From Myxococcota bacterium (GTDB lineage: Bacteria > Myxococcota_A > SURF-8), in assembly GCA_963674735.2 (NCBI GenBank), contig CAXXQS010000002.1, positions 1,152,001 through 1,216,000 of the forward strand: 64,000 bases of DNA, written 5' to 3'. Numbering within the stretch: position 1 is the first letter of the stretch; each line of letters opens with the position of its first letter. This document shows positions 10,523 through 19,468 of the stretch, piece after piece. Made by a program: the position numbers and the translations under genes. The notes below the pieces were generated by a model. The model was not told the DNA's origin, did not search any database, and saw only the letters and a list, made by a program, of their open reading frames with translations.

Positions 10523-11632
10523 TTAACTGATGCGCATCGGCATGATGACACTCAGGAAACCGTCGTCACTGCCGTCCTTGACGACGCAGGGGCTCAATTC
10601 GTCGGCCAGTTCGAGCACGACTTCATCGCCGTGAATGACATTGATGGCTTCAAGAAAATAGCGGGCGTTGAATCCCACCTGCATGAGCTCGCCTTCATAG
10701 ACGGCTTCCAATTCCTCGCGTCCTTCACCGCGCTCGGGGCTGGAAGCCTCGATCACGAATTCGCCGGAACTGATCTTGAAACGAACGCCATGCGAGCGAT
10801 CGGCCGACAAAATGGAAATACGCTTGAGGGCATCGGTGAACGAAACGCGATTGAGAGTGACGCGGCGGTCGGCTCCCTTGGGAACCACCATGTTGTAATC
10901 GGGGAATTCACCTTCGATCAGACGCATGACCAAAAGCGCATCATCGCGCTTGAAAAAACCGTTGGAAGCCGAAAAGGCCATTTCCAGCGGTTCGGCGTTT
11001 TCTTCCAGCAATTTGCGCAGTTCGATGAGACCCTTGCGCGGAATGATGACCGGATCGGAAACCTTGACATCGCTGCTGATCTCGCGGTCGACCAGGGACA
11101 GACGGTGACCGTCGGTACTCACCAGACGCAGTTTTCCTTCTTCGAGCGGTTCGAGATTGACGCCGTTTAGAAAAATGCGCGGGTCGTCGTTGGCAACGGA
11201 AAACAAGGTGTGTTCGATCAGATCGAGAAGAATGGCCGGATCGATCTGCGCGTAATCCACCTCGCCGAAATCCGGCATATTCGGATAATCGTCCACGCTG
11301 GTGGTGGGCACCTTGAATTTGACTTTTCCGGCGATGATCTTGACGTTGTGGTCATCGGCGGTTTCCAGTTGAATCGTGCCCGCCGGAAGATTGCGGACGA
11401 TATCGTGCAAGTCACGGCCGTTGACGCAAATGCGCCCGGGATCGTCGATCAAACCGTCGTACTCGCCTTTGGAAAAGATATCCAGGTCGGTGGCGACCAT
11501 CGTAAAACGATCGGTGGCCGTACTTTCAATCAGCACGTTGGACAGAATCGGCATCGTCGATTTTTTGCCGACAATACCCTGAATGCGTCCCAAGGCCAGC
11601 ATCAGCGTTTCTTTGCTTGCGGTTAATCGCAT
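10523..11632 (-). CDS. dnaN: DNA polymerase III beta sliding clamp
   Basis: STMPILSNVLI, ATDL, STDGHRL, RLIEGEFPDY, GFNARY, VIMPMR. Start at ATG 11632. Confidence 0.98.
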   Translation of the reverse strand: MRLTASKETLMLALGRIQGIVGKKSTMPILSNVLIESTATDRFTMVATDLDIFSKGEYDGLIDDPGRICVNGRDLHDIVRNLPAGTIQLETADDHNVKIIAGKVKFKVPTTSVDDYPNMPDFGEVDYAQIDPAILLDLIEHTLFSVANDDPRIFLNGVNLEPLEEGKLRLVSTDGHRLSLVDREISSDVKVSDPVIIPRKGLIELRKLLEENAEPLEMAFSASNGFFKRDDALLVMRLIEGEFPDYNMVVPKGADRRVTLNRVSFTDALKRISILSADRSHGVRFKISSGEFVIEASSPERGEGREELEAVYEGELMQVGFNARYFLEAINVIHGDEVVLELADELSPCVVKDGSDDGFLSVIMPMRIS

Positions 11633-11694
11633 GGTTCTATCATCCTTCTGCTCGGTAACGATTCGAAATCTTTTACTCGCCACCTGCTTAAAGA

Positions 11695-11925
11695 CACAAT
11701 ATTCTTTTAAGAAATATCTATAGTTGCAGTAGTAGCCGTGTTGAAACGGGGGATAAGCTACGCAAGTTAACGAAAACCTTGGCTAATCCCGTGTGTACTA
11801 TTATGTGGAAAGCCGAAAGGAAATCAACAAAAAAGCACGGAGAATTCTCCGACGTGGATAAAAGCGGCGAATCCAACCGAATCTCAACGGGCTTACTCAC
11901 GGTTTGTCCACAGATGATCATCAAT
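11695..11925. promoter_or_regulatory. Putative oriC (dnaA-dnaN intergenic): AT-rich DUE, DnaA-trios, DnaA boxes
   Basis: AT-rich ACAATATTCTTTTAAGAAATATCTA, then TAG-TTG-CAG-TAG-TAG (11721-11735), then degenerate boxes TGTTGAAAC/GGGGGATAA (11739-11756). Further near-consensus boxes TGTGGAAAG (11804-11812), CGTGGATAA (11853-11861), TTGTCCACA (11904-11912). Confidence 0.8.
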
Positions 11926-11929
11926 AATC

Positions 11930-13285
11930 TCAATTGACTAGCTGCTTTTCCAACGCGTCGATGGTGTCACGGGTTTTCATATCTTCAGCCAAGAGACGCT
12001 CGACTCGATTGATGGCCGCAATCACGGTGCTATGGTCTTTCCCTCCGAAGCTGGCTCCGATATCCTTGAGGCTCAAATCGGTATAGCGTTTAACCAGAAA
12101 CATGGCGATTTGACGCGGAATCACCAACTTGCGAGCCCGACTTTTGGACAACAGATCGTTCTGGCTGACGCTGAAATATTTGCACACGCGCTTTTGTATC
12201 TGCACGGCATTCAAATCCGGCGGCAGGGTTTGAATGAAGCTTCTCAGAACTTCTTTGGCCGTCTCCATGTTGCAGGAGGCTCCGGTTAAGGAGATATAGG
12301 CTTCCAGTCGAATCAGAGAGCCTTCCAACTCGCGGACATTGCTGCGGACGTTTTTGGCGAGAAAACGCAGAACGTCGTCGTCGATGGCGAAACCGTCGAG
12401 ATCGGCCTTTTTCTTCAGGATGGCCGCACGGGTTTCCAGATCGGGCGTTTTGATATCGGCCACCAGGCCGGAACGCAGCCGCGAGCGGATTCGTTCGTCG
12501 AGGGTTTTGATTTCCTGCGGGTATTGATCGGAAGTGACCACGACCTGTTTGCCCGATTCGAACAGGAAATTGAAGGTATGGAAAAACTCTTCCTGGGTCG
12601 AGCTTTTGCCGGCCAGAAACTGGATGTCGTCCATCAACAGTACATCGCACATATCGCGGTAACGGCGCTTGAAATCGGCCATCTGGTTGGAACTGATGCT
12701 CTGGATCAATTCGCTCATGAAGCGTTCGGAGGTGATATAGGCGACGCGCGTCTCAGGGTGCAGGCGCAGCGCTTCATAGCCGATCGCCTGCAGCAAATGG
12801 GTTTTGCCGAGACCCGTCCCTCCATAGATGAACAACGGATTGTAACTGCCTCCCGGTTGACGCGCCACCGCCTGACAGGCGGCATGGGCGAACTCGTTGG
12901 AGGCTCCGATAACGAAGCGGTCGAAGCGAAAGCGTTCGTTGAGCGGAATGCCGATAGTGGGTTTCACCTTGGTGCGGCGGCGACGCTTTGGCGGGCGAGC
13001 CGCAGACGTCGGAGCCGAGTCGGACGCGACCGAATCGGACTGGGTGACGGCTTCGATCTCAATGCGGACTTTCTTATCCTCACGGGTTACCTCGTAGAGG
13101 CTGCGCTCCAGAATGTCGAGGTAATTGTCGGTAATCCAATCGCGCAAAAACCCGTTGGGAACGCTCAGGACCCAATGGGTGTCGGTGATGTCCAACAGGC
13201 GGATGGGACGGAACCATAGATTGAAATTGTGTTCGTTCGTTCGTTCACGCAGCGTGGCGACCACGCGTTGCCAAATATCACCCAT
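11930..13285 (-). CDS. dnaA: Chromosomal replication initiator DnaA
   Basis: YNPLFIYGGTGLGKTHL, LMDDIQFL, QEEFFHTFN, NVRELEG, PRQIAM, GGKDHSTV. Start at ATG 13285 (MGDIWQ). Confidence 0.99.
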   Translation of the reverse strand: MGDIWQRVVATLRERTNEHNFNLWFRPIRLLDITDTHWVLSVPNGFLRDWITDNYLDILERSLYEVTREDKKVRIEIEAVTQSDSVASDSAPTSAARPPKRRRRTKVKPTIGIPLNERFRFDRFVIGASNEFAHAACQAVARQPGGSYNPLFIYGGTGLGKTHLLQAIGYEALRLHPETRVAYITSERFMSELIQSISSNQMADFKRRYRDMCDVLLMDDIQFLAGKSSTQEEFFHTFNFLFESGKQVVVTSDQYPQEIKTLDERIRSRLRSGLVADIKTPDLETRAAILKKKADLDGFAIDDDVLRFLAKNVRSNVRELEGSLIRLEAYISLTGASCNMETAKEVLRSFIQTLPPDLNAVQIQKRVCKYFSVSQNDLLSKSRARKLVIPRQIAMFLVKRYTDLSLKDIGASFGGKDHSTVIAAINRVERLLAEDMKTRDTIDALEKQLVN

Positions 13286-13386
13286 TTCCCTGGCCTCTTC
13301 CCTTGCGGCAAGGTAACAAAAATCCCACCAGAGTCGTCGCTGTATGCGGTGGGTGGATGCGCCGGTCGGCACAACCCAACCGCCGA

Positions 13387-13416
13387 ACTCTAACCTGAAA
13401 AATTGGAGAGAGGCAA
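13387..13416 (-). promoter_or_regulatory. Possible sigma70 promoter of dnaA
   Basis: Minus strand TTGCCT-N18-TAGAGT about 100 nt upstream of the dnaA ATG. Confidence 0.35.
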
Positions 13417-13619
13417 GGGGAAAGTTGCGGGAGGGGGTGAGGAAAATGATTAATGTTATTAATGATTTTCATATCGGGCGTTTAGCGGGTGTACTCAGTG
13501 GAGGCGAAAAGAAGATTGACGGGAAAGGTATGCCGGAGGAGAGGTGGGCTGCCGAATTAATAGGCAGAATGGCGCGGTAAATTTCAAATCGCGACCCAAA
13601 CCTCCCCTTCGGCCTCAAA

Positions 13620-15818
13620 TCAACCGCGTTTGGCAATGCAACCCCGACATTCCGGCCACGTTCCGGCTTCACTCAGCCATGTGTCGCGTGCCGGTGAACG
13701 CAGCGCGTCGATCAGCCGCGTCTCCCCGAGAAGCCCCAGAACCGGACGGCGCTTGACGATGGTGGGACTCATACAGGCATACACCTCGCCGTCGGGCATG
13801 ATCATCAGATCGCGTTCGGGGGCGTGGCAGGGAGTGGATTCCTGATAGGCTCCCGTGGCCAGCCGGTCGATGGCCTGGCGCTGGTCGGCATAGGCGGACG
13901 GATCGATGGGGGGACAGAAATCAAGAATAGTATTAAATTCACGTGATGTATTTATTAACTCATCGTGAGTGTGGTCGACCCAAGCGCGCGCCCCTTTTTC
14001 CCCGAGCCAGCGTGGAGCGCTGAGTCCCGAGGGGATGTGAACGTAGTAGAAGAAGCGGTGTCGCCGCAGACCCAATTCGTCGGCTACGAAGCGGTGCAGG
14101 CGCGGCAGCTCGTGCAGGTTGTCGGCCAGGATGACGGTGTTGACTTCGACATACAGGCGTGGATGGCGGACGGCGGCGCGGATGGCACGCAAGGCATGGA
14201 CGAACAGACCGGGTCGTCCTTTGATGCGATCATGCAAAGGGGCGTCGGGAGCGTCGAGCGCTACCTCGAGTTTGTCCAGGCCCGCGTCGACTAAAGTCGC
14301 GATGGCGTCGTCGTCCAGACCGTAACCGGTGGTGATGACCATGGTGTAGAGGGCCAGACTTTTGGAGAGGCGGACGATCGTCGCGAGGTCATCCCGCAGG
14401 GTGATCTCGCCGCCGAAGAGATCGACCGCGCTGAAGCCGGTCAACTTCAGTTCTTCCAAAAGCCGCCAGACCTGCGGCGTGGGGATAGCATAACCGGCAT
14501 AGGCTTGCGGCAGGGCACACATCAGGCATTGGGCCACGCAGGCGCTGGAAATACAGGCGACGGCGGTACGTTCATGTTGCGGAAAAGCGGAGTTTTCGGA
14601 CACGCGGCGACAGACAAGCTGCCAGCCGTCGACGGAACCGAAATCGGGCAGTTGGTAATCGACGACGTCATGGCCGAAACGGCGGGCCATGTCGGCGATC
14701 AGAGCGGGACCGATGGCCGCTAGTGAAGCGGAGGGCCTGGAGCTTGCTTCGGGCGATTCCGCGGGCGGTAAACACACGCCGATTGGCCAATCACCTGAGA
14801 TTACGATCGAATCCCCGACCGGACACGCGATCAGGGCGGCGCGCAAAGCCCGCCAGGCATTGGGACCGCTGCGTGCGAGCAGACTGAGTTCAATCGGCCG
14901 CTCGTCGGAGGAGGCTGGATTTTTTTGCGGCAGGGGTGCGGCGAGTGAAGCCGGATCGGAGGGCTCACCAAGCCGGAAAGCTCCCGGACAATTATGCAGG
15001 CGAGGACACTTTTGGCAGGTGTCGGATAACCGGGTCGGGCGCAAAGGGGAACCGGCCAGCAAACGTCCGCGCAGGCTGCGGGCGATCATGGCGGAATCGG
15101 AGGTTACGTCCACGGCGTCAAGCTCATAGAGCTCATACTCCCCCTCGTTTACCTGCAGCAGAGCATGGCGACGACCATCCGGCAAGAGCGGCTCTCCACT
15201 TCGAAACGGACAGCGCGTCGGATCGAAGTGCAGGCGGCGGCCAGTGGCGCGGTAGAAATGCCGGGCGGGTTCGGAATCGATGGCCGCCTCACGCCAGCGT
15301 GATTGTTCCGCGTGAGCCCGCGCGATATCCGCCTCGAATACGGTGGGTAAAGCGGGCTCGAAACGAACCTTCGGCGGGTCGGGCAGAGTGTCGAGCCAGG
15401 CGATGGCGCGATTCAGAGTTCCGTGATTGCGGGCTTCGACTGGGAGAATGACGGTGCACGGGACTCCGGCCGCACAGACATTGGCGATCCCGGTCAGGTT
15501 TTCGGCGAAATCTTCTCGGCCGGTCATGAGCAAATGGGCATAGGGCGAACCGGCGGGCAGGTCCAGGTCGAGATGAGTAAGACCGGCGGTCTGCAAGGCG
15601 GTCAACCGGGAACGATCGGCCAGCTGATAGGCGGCGCTGCGGCAGCGGAAGGCCAGATCATGCTGAGTCAAGATCGACAACAGGCGCGGCAGATCGGGAC
15701 GCGCGAGCAGATCGCCCTCGATAAAGGCGATCTCCTTGCTGCCGTGAGATGCCGCCGTGGTCAAGGCCTCGGCCAGGGAATCGTCTGAAGCCAGGGAAAG
15801 AGGGGTTGTCTGCGTCAT
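13620..15818 (-). CDS. Multi-domain radical SAM protein (degenerate N-terminal rSAM barrel + Cys motif, C-terminal rSAM with SPASM/twitch-like Cys)
   Basis: C-terminal CVAQCLMC (Cx3Cx2C), FGGEITLRDDL, HDRIKG, CHAP...PDGEVYAC...CRGC. N-terminal half has rSAM-like EGDLLARPDL without the Cys triad, plus CQKCPRLHNCPG. ATG 15818 overlaps the upstream stop (ATGA). Confidence 0.8.
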   Translation of the reverse strand: MTQTTPLSLASDDSLAEALTTAASHGSKEIAFIEGDLLARPDLPRLLSILTQHDLAFRCRSAAYQLADRSRLTALQTAGLTHLDLDLPAGSPYAHLLMTGREDFAENLTGIANVCAAGVPCTVILPVEARNHGTLNRAIAWLDTLPDPPKVRFEPALPTVFEADIARAHAEQSRWREAAIDSEPARHFYRATGRRLHFDPTRCPFRSGEPLLPDGRRHALLQVNEGEYELYELDAVDVTSDSAMIARSLRGRLLAGSPLRPTRLSDTCQKCPRLHNCPGAFRLGEPSDPASLAAPLPQKNPASSDERPIELSLLARSGPNAWRALRAALIACPVGDSIVISGDWPIGVCLPPAESPEASSRPSASLAAIGPALIADMARRFGHDVVDYQLPDFGSVDGWQLVCRRVSENSAFPQHERTAVACISSACVAQCLMCALPQAYAGYAIPTPQVWRLLEELKLTGFSAVDLFGGEITLRDDLATIVRLSKSLALYTMVITTGYGLDDDAIATLVDAGLDKLEVALDAPDAPLHDRIKGRPGLFVHALRAIRAAVRHPRLYVEVNTVILADNLHELPRLHRFVADELGLRRHRFFYYVHIPSGLSAPRWLGEKGARAWVDHTHDELINTSREFNTILDFCPPIDPSAYADQRQAIDRLATGAYQESTPCHAPERDLMIMPDGEVYACMSPTIVKRRPVLGLLGETRLIDALRSPARDTWLSEAGTWPECRGCIAKRG

Positions 15819-17830
15819 GGTCGGACCGTTTCGGGGGGGTTGGAGTTTGAGAATGAACGTGCCCAATAGGCGAGTTCGTCGCATAGGTTGCGGACGTCTG
15901 CTTGGCGATCGGCCAACGGCTGCAGAATCTGTAGGGCTCCGCGTATCAAGTCGGGATTGTCGTCCACCAGACGCCACCGGGCCGGATCCAGCAAGACCAG
16001 ACGGGCCAGTGCGGCCGGTGCTTCAAGCAGCGCCTGCAGCGAGGCTTGTGACGGTTGTGGGAGCTGCGGATTGAAAGATTCCGCCGGAATGAGGTGCAGA
16101 CGTTTCTCGGGACTCGGATTCAGCTTGGTGACAAGCTCGGAGAGTCGGCGCTGCCAGACCGGTCGGCACAGGTGAAAGAGCGCTTCCCAATACAGAAAGA
16201 GACGCCGTGTGGCGGCGGCGGCTTCGTCGGGTGACAGATCCCACTCGATAAGGTCGACATGCGGAAGATCGAGGGAAAGACCGGTCTGCGGGGACCCGAT
16301 GGCGCGTGGATGAACAAGTTGGGAAGCCGTTTCAGGCCAAGGTCCAAGGGCGGTGTCCAGAGCGGTTTGCGAAAGCGGAAGCGGGACGATTTCGCCGGAT
16401 TCTCCCCCCGAAAGAGTGGGAGGCCGGGAGAGAAAGACCGGAACTCGCGGGGTTGCGGACGAAAGCAGGATCTCGGTTTGCCGAAGGGCCGTGTCGAAGA
16501 CGGATTCGTCACCTTTTTCAAGCTGTTGGCGGATGAGCTGCTGTAGCAGCGGAAGTCCCCAGGCGTCCGCCTTTATACGTCCGGAAAGCTCGATAGACGG
16601 ATCGTCTGGGTGGCTGGATTTACCCAATGCCCAAACTCGATTCGCCAATCCGGAGAAGAAGGCTTCCGGGTTTTCCAAGATCGAGCGAAGATCCGCCAGA
16701 CGTCTGGCGGCCGAGAGCGAAGCAATCGTGTTCGGATTGCGAGTGCGTGTCCGGTTCTCGTGCGATCCGGCCGCGCGCTGTTCCAAGCCGGAGTCCCGGA
16801 CTGGGTGACACAGGGACAGAAACGCGGCCTGGCGTTCTGGGTGATCGCAAGCGTGCAGGCGCGGGTATACCAGCCTCTCAAGTAAGAGACGATTCAGCGA
16901 AATTTGGCTTGGATCTCCAATGATGAGACCGTCCGGCGGTTGCCGCATCCAGGCGGCGTTGAGCGCCGACACGATCAGCGGGCGACCGCGATTGACGGTG
17001 AAAACGGTTTCCGGGTGGTGCTGAAAATCGGCGGCCCGCAAGTATTCGATACCCGGACCGGAAAGCTGGAGACCCTGAGTGATGACGGGGTTCAGGTAGA
17101 ATTGTTCTTCCACTTGGCCCGCCGCCAGGGCTGCTTCGAATCTCGGCCGGAGTTCGGGGGCGAGATCGGAAAAAACGGCGGAAAGCGTGGGGCGATCGAG
17201 ATAGTCACGGGTTTGGATTCGGGTATCGGTGAGATTGACCCGAAAGCGGCAGATCCGGGCTTCCTCCAACGCCAGAAGTACACGGATGCAGCGCGAAAGC
17301 GCCTGACTACCATGGCGTTCACGATGCCAGCGATCCAGCGCCAACGTTAAAGTCAAGACGGGGGAGGACGATCCGGCTTGCGTCGGCCAGAGCGACTGCA
17401 GCCAGCGTGACGCGCTTTCGAAGTCGGCTGGAAGAGCCGCTCCATTGGTAAAGATCTCCACTTCGCGGGTGGCCGTTTCGCGGGACTTGGCCAGGATTTC
17501 TTTGAGTGCCGGATGCTCGAAGGGTTCACCGCCGATGAGCACCAGCTTGTCGAGACCGGTTAGTTGCGTGAGCAAAGACTCGATCAGAGGCAGGGGCGTG
17601 TGGTCGTCGGCCGAGCGGGTATGAGCGGCAAAACAGAAGCGACAGCCGAATGAGCAGCGTCGGGTGATATCCAGGGTGACGGATGAGGGTTCGCGTGGCG
17701 GGTCGCGGCGCGTGATGCGGCCTTTGGCGTAGAAGGAACTGCCGTAGAGGGGAAACACCGCCTGCAGGGCATTCAAAATGGAGCCTGCCGATGGTAGATC
17801 CGGATCGTATAAAAGAATCGACGTTTTCAT
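15815..17830 (-). CDS. Radical SAM protein with long uncharacterised C-terminal extension
   Basis: ITRRCSFGCRFC (Cx3Cx2C), IGGEPFEHP, IFTNG, LALDRWH. Confidence 0.85.
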   Translation of the reverse strand: MKTSILLYDPDLPSAGSILNALQAVFPLYGSSFYAKGRITRRDPPREPSSVTLDITRRCSFGCRFCFAAHTRSADDHTPLPLIESLLTQLTGLDKLVLIGGEPFEHPALKEILAKSRETATREVEIFTNGAALPADFESASRWLQSLWPTQAGSSSPVLTLTLALDRWHRERHGSQALSRCIRVLLALEEARICRFRVNLTDTRIQTRDYLDRPTLSAVFSDLAPELRPRFEAALAAGQVEEQFYLNPVITQGLQLSGPGIEYLRAADFQHHPETVFTVNRGRPLIVSALNAAWMRQPPDGLIIGDPSQISLNRLLLERLVYPRLHACDHPERQAAFLSLCHPVRDSGLEQRAAGSHENRTRTRNPNTIASLSAARRLADLRSILENPEAFFSGLANRVWALGKSSHPDDPSIELSGRIKADAWGLPLLQQLIRQQLEKGDESVFDTALRQTEILLSSATPRVPVFLSRPPTLSGGESGEIVPLPLSQTALDTALGPWPETASQLVHPRAIGSPQTGLSLDLPHVDLIEWDLSPDEAAAATRRLFLYWEALFHLCRPVWQRRLSELVTKLNPSPEKRLHLIPAESFNPQLPQPSQASLQALLEAPAALARLVLLDPARWRLVDDNPDLIRGALQILQPLADRQADVRNLCDELAYWARSFSNSNPPETVRP

Positions 17831-17836
17831 GACGGC

Positions 17837-17865
17837 AGTGTAGCATAGGGCCGCTTCGCGGGCAA
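17837..17865 (-). promoter_or_regulatory. Sigma70-type promoter, probably giving a leaderless mRNA for the radical SAM pair
   Basis: Minus strand TTGCCC-N17-TACACT (preceded by TG), 6 nt before ATG 17830; no Shine-Dalgarno sequence. Confidence 0.55.
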
Positions 17866-17970
17866 TGCTTGCGTAGATGGGAAACGGAAATACATGGACA
17901 GACGGCCGTGCATTCGTTAAACTGGGCGCGTTTTTAATGACAACCGCGGTTTTTCAAACGATATGATGGA

Positions 17971-17986
17971 TGTTCCACGTGGAACA
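17971..17986. promoter_or_regulatory. parS centromere site
   Basis: Perfect 16-bp palindrome TGTTCCACGTGGAACA matching the bacterial parS consensus, next to rsmG-parA-parB. Confidence 0.95.
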
Positions 17987-17991
17987 AACGT

Positions 17992-18645
17992 ATGAATACG
18001 AAGCAATATCAATATGTTATAGATGATTCGCTGGCGGCGGCCGGGGTTCGTTCGCCGGAGGGGGCAGCGGAGTGTTTGGCTCGGCATTTTACCGATCTGC
18101 TGCACTGGAATCGGCGAGTCAACCTCACCCGGATCACGGACCCCGCAGCGGCGGCTTGGCTGCTTTACGCCGATAGCGCCATGGGAGCGGTGGAACTCGA
18201 CCCGGGCGACCGCGTGCTGGATATCGGGTCGGGGGCCGGGTTTCCCGGTCTGGTATTGGCCGTTTTGCGGCCGGATTGCCACGTCACGCTGCTCGATGCC
18301 GTCGCCAAAAAGGTGGAATTTCTGCGCTATACGGCGCGCAATCTGGCGCTGGCCAATGTCGACTGTTACCATGGGCGTTGGCCGGAATTCGAACTGGCGA
18401 ACGACACCCCAGCCGCCACGGCCTCCCGGCAGGTCTGGGTCAGCCGCGCCACGTTTTCCGACCCGGCGGCCCTGCAGCTGGCCGCCAAGCGACTTCGTCC
18501 CGCCGATCGCCTGATTCTCTGGCGTGGGTCGGGCGAGACCCAAGCGCTGGCGGGGTTTACTTTACATCTGCGATCCTACCGGCTGGAGGCTCTGCGCGAT
18601 CTGCGACACTTGTGTGTGTACACCAAGGAGGAGTTAGTTGGCTAA
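17992..18645 (+). CDS. rsmG: 16S rRNA m7G methyltransferase RsmG (GidB)
   Basis: WNRRVNLTRI, LDIGSGAGFPGL, LLDAVAKKVEFL, VSRA; canonical position before parAB. Confidence 0.92.
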   Translation: MNTKQYQYVIDDSLAAAGVRSPEGAAECLARHFTDLLHWNRRVNLTRITDPAAAAWLLYADSAMGAVELDPGDRVLDIGSGAGFPGLVLAVLRPDCHVTLLDAVAKKVEFLRYTARNLALANVDCYHGRWPEFELANDTPAATASRQVWVSRATFSDPAALQLAAKRLRPADRLILWRGSGETQALAGFTLHLRSYRLEALRDLRHLCVYTKEELVG

Positions 18646-19468
18646 AATAGTAGCAATAGTAAATCAAAAAGGCGGGGTCGGAAAAACGACCAGCGCCGTC
18701 AACCTGGCGGCCGGACTCGCGGCCGCCGAACAGCGCGTGCTACTGGTGGATATGGATCCGCAGGCCAACGCCAGTTCGGGGGTGGGGTATCCGCCCGGAA
18801 CGGTCGCGCGTCATCTTTACCACGTGCTGTTGGAGGAGTGCGCGGCGGCGGATGTTTTGTGCGAAACCGGTCTGCCGTTGCTCACGCTCCTACCCGCCGG
18901 GCGCGATCTGATCGGGGCGGAAGTCGAACTGATCGAGGCCGACCGCCGTGAACGACGCTTGGGGGGAGCCTTGGCCGCGTTGGATGAAGCTTTCGATTAC
19001 ATCCTGATCGACTGTCCTCCATCGCTCGGCCTGTTGACCCTCAACGCGCTATCCGCCGCTCAGAGCCTGCTGATTCCGGTGCAAACCGAATATTATGCCT
19101 TGGAAGGGGTGGGCCATCTGATGCATACCATCGATCTGGTGCGTCGGCAGGTCAATCCCGATGTCGCCATCGAAGGCGTGCTGTTGACCATGGTCGATTT
19201 TCGGACCAACCTGGCGCGCCAGGTGGCCGAGGAACTCACCCGTCATTTCGGAGACAAGGTCTATCAAACCGTCATCAGCCGCAACGTCCGCCTCTCCGAG
19301 GCCCCCAGCCACGGACGCCCCGTGTTGCTCTACGATATCGCTTCGCGCGGAGCCCAGCAGTATCTGGCGCTGGCGGAGGAATTTTTAAGCCGACAGCCGT
19401 CCGACCGCGCTTCGGCGGCGGCTTGCGATACGGTTTCCGCGAGCCCGACAAGCAAGGAGACACCATGA
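18638..19468 (+). CDS. parA: Chromosome partitioning ATPase ParA/Soj
   Basis: NQKGGVGKTT, DMDPQANA, IDCPPSLG, EYYALEG, RNVRLSEAPSHG; TTG start. Confidence 0.97.
   Translation: MAKIVAIVNQKGGVGKTTSAVNLAAGLAAAEQRVLLVDMDPQANASSGVGYPPGTVARHLYHVLLEECAAADVLCETGLPLLTLLPAGRDLIGAEVELIEADRRERRLGGALAALDEAFDYILIDCPPSLGLLTLNALSAAQSLLIPVQTEYYALEGVGHLMHTIDLVRRQVNPDVAIEGVLLTMVDFRTNLARQVAEELTRHFGDKVYQTVISRNVRLSEAPSHGRPVLLYDIASRGAQQYLALAEEFLSRQPSDRASAAACDTVSASPTSKETP

Noticed and set aside
13278-13672. Short ORFs (64-78 aa) between the rSAM genes and dnaA as possible RiPP precursors
   Set aside because: No clear RBS or leader/core pattern; they overlap dnaA regulatory DNA and gene ends. None resembles rpmH.
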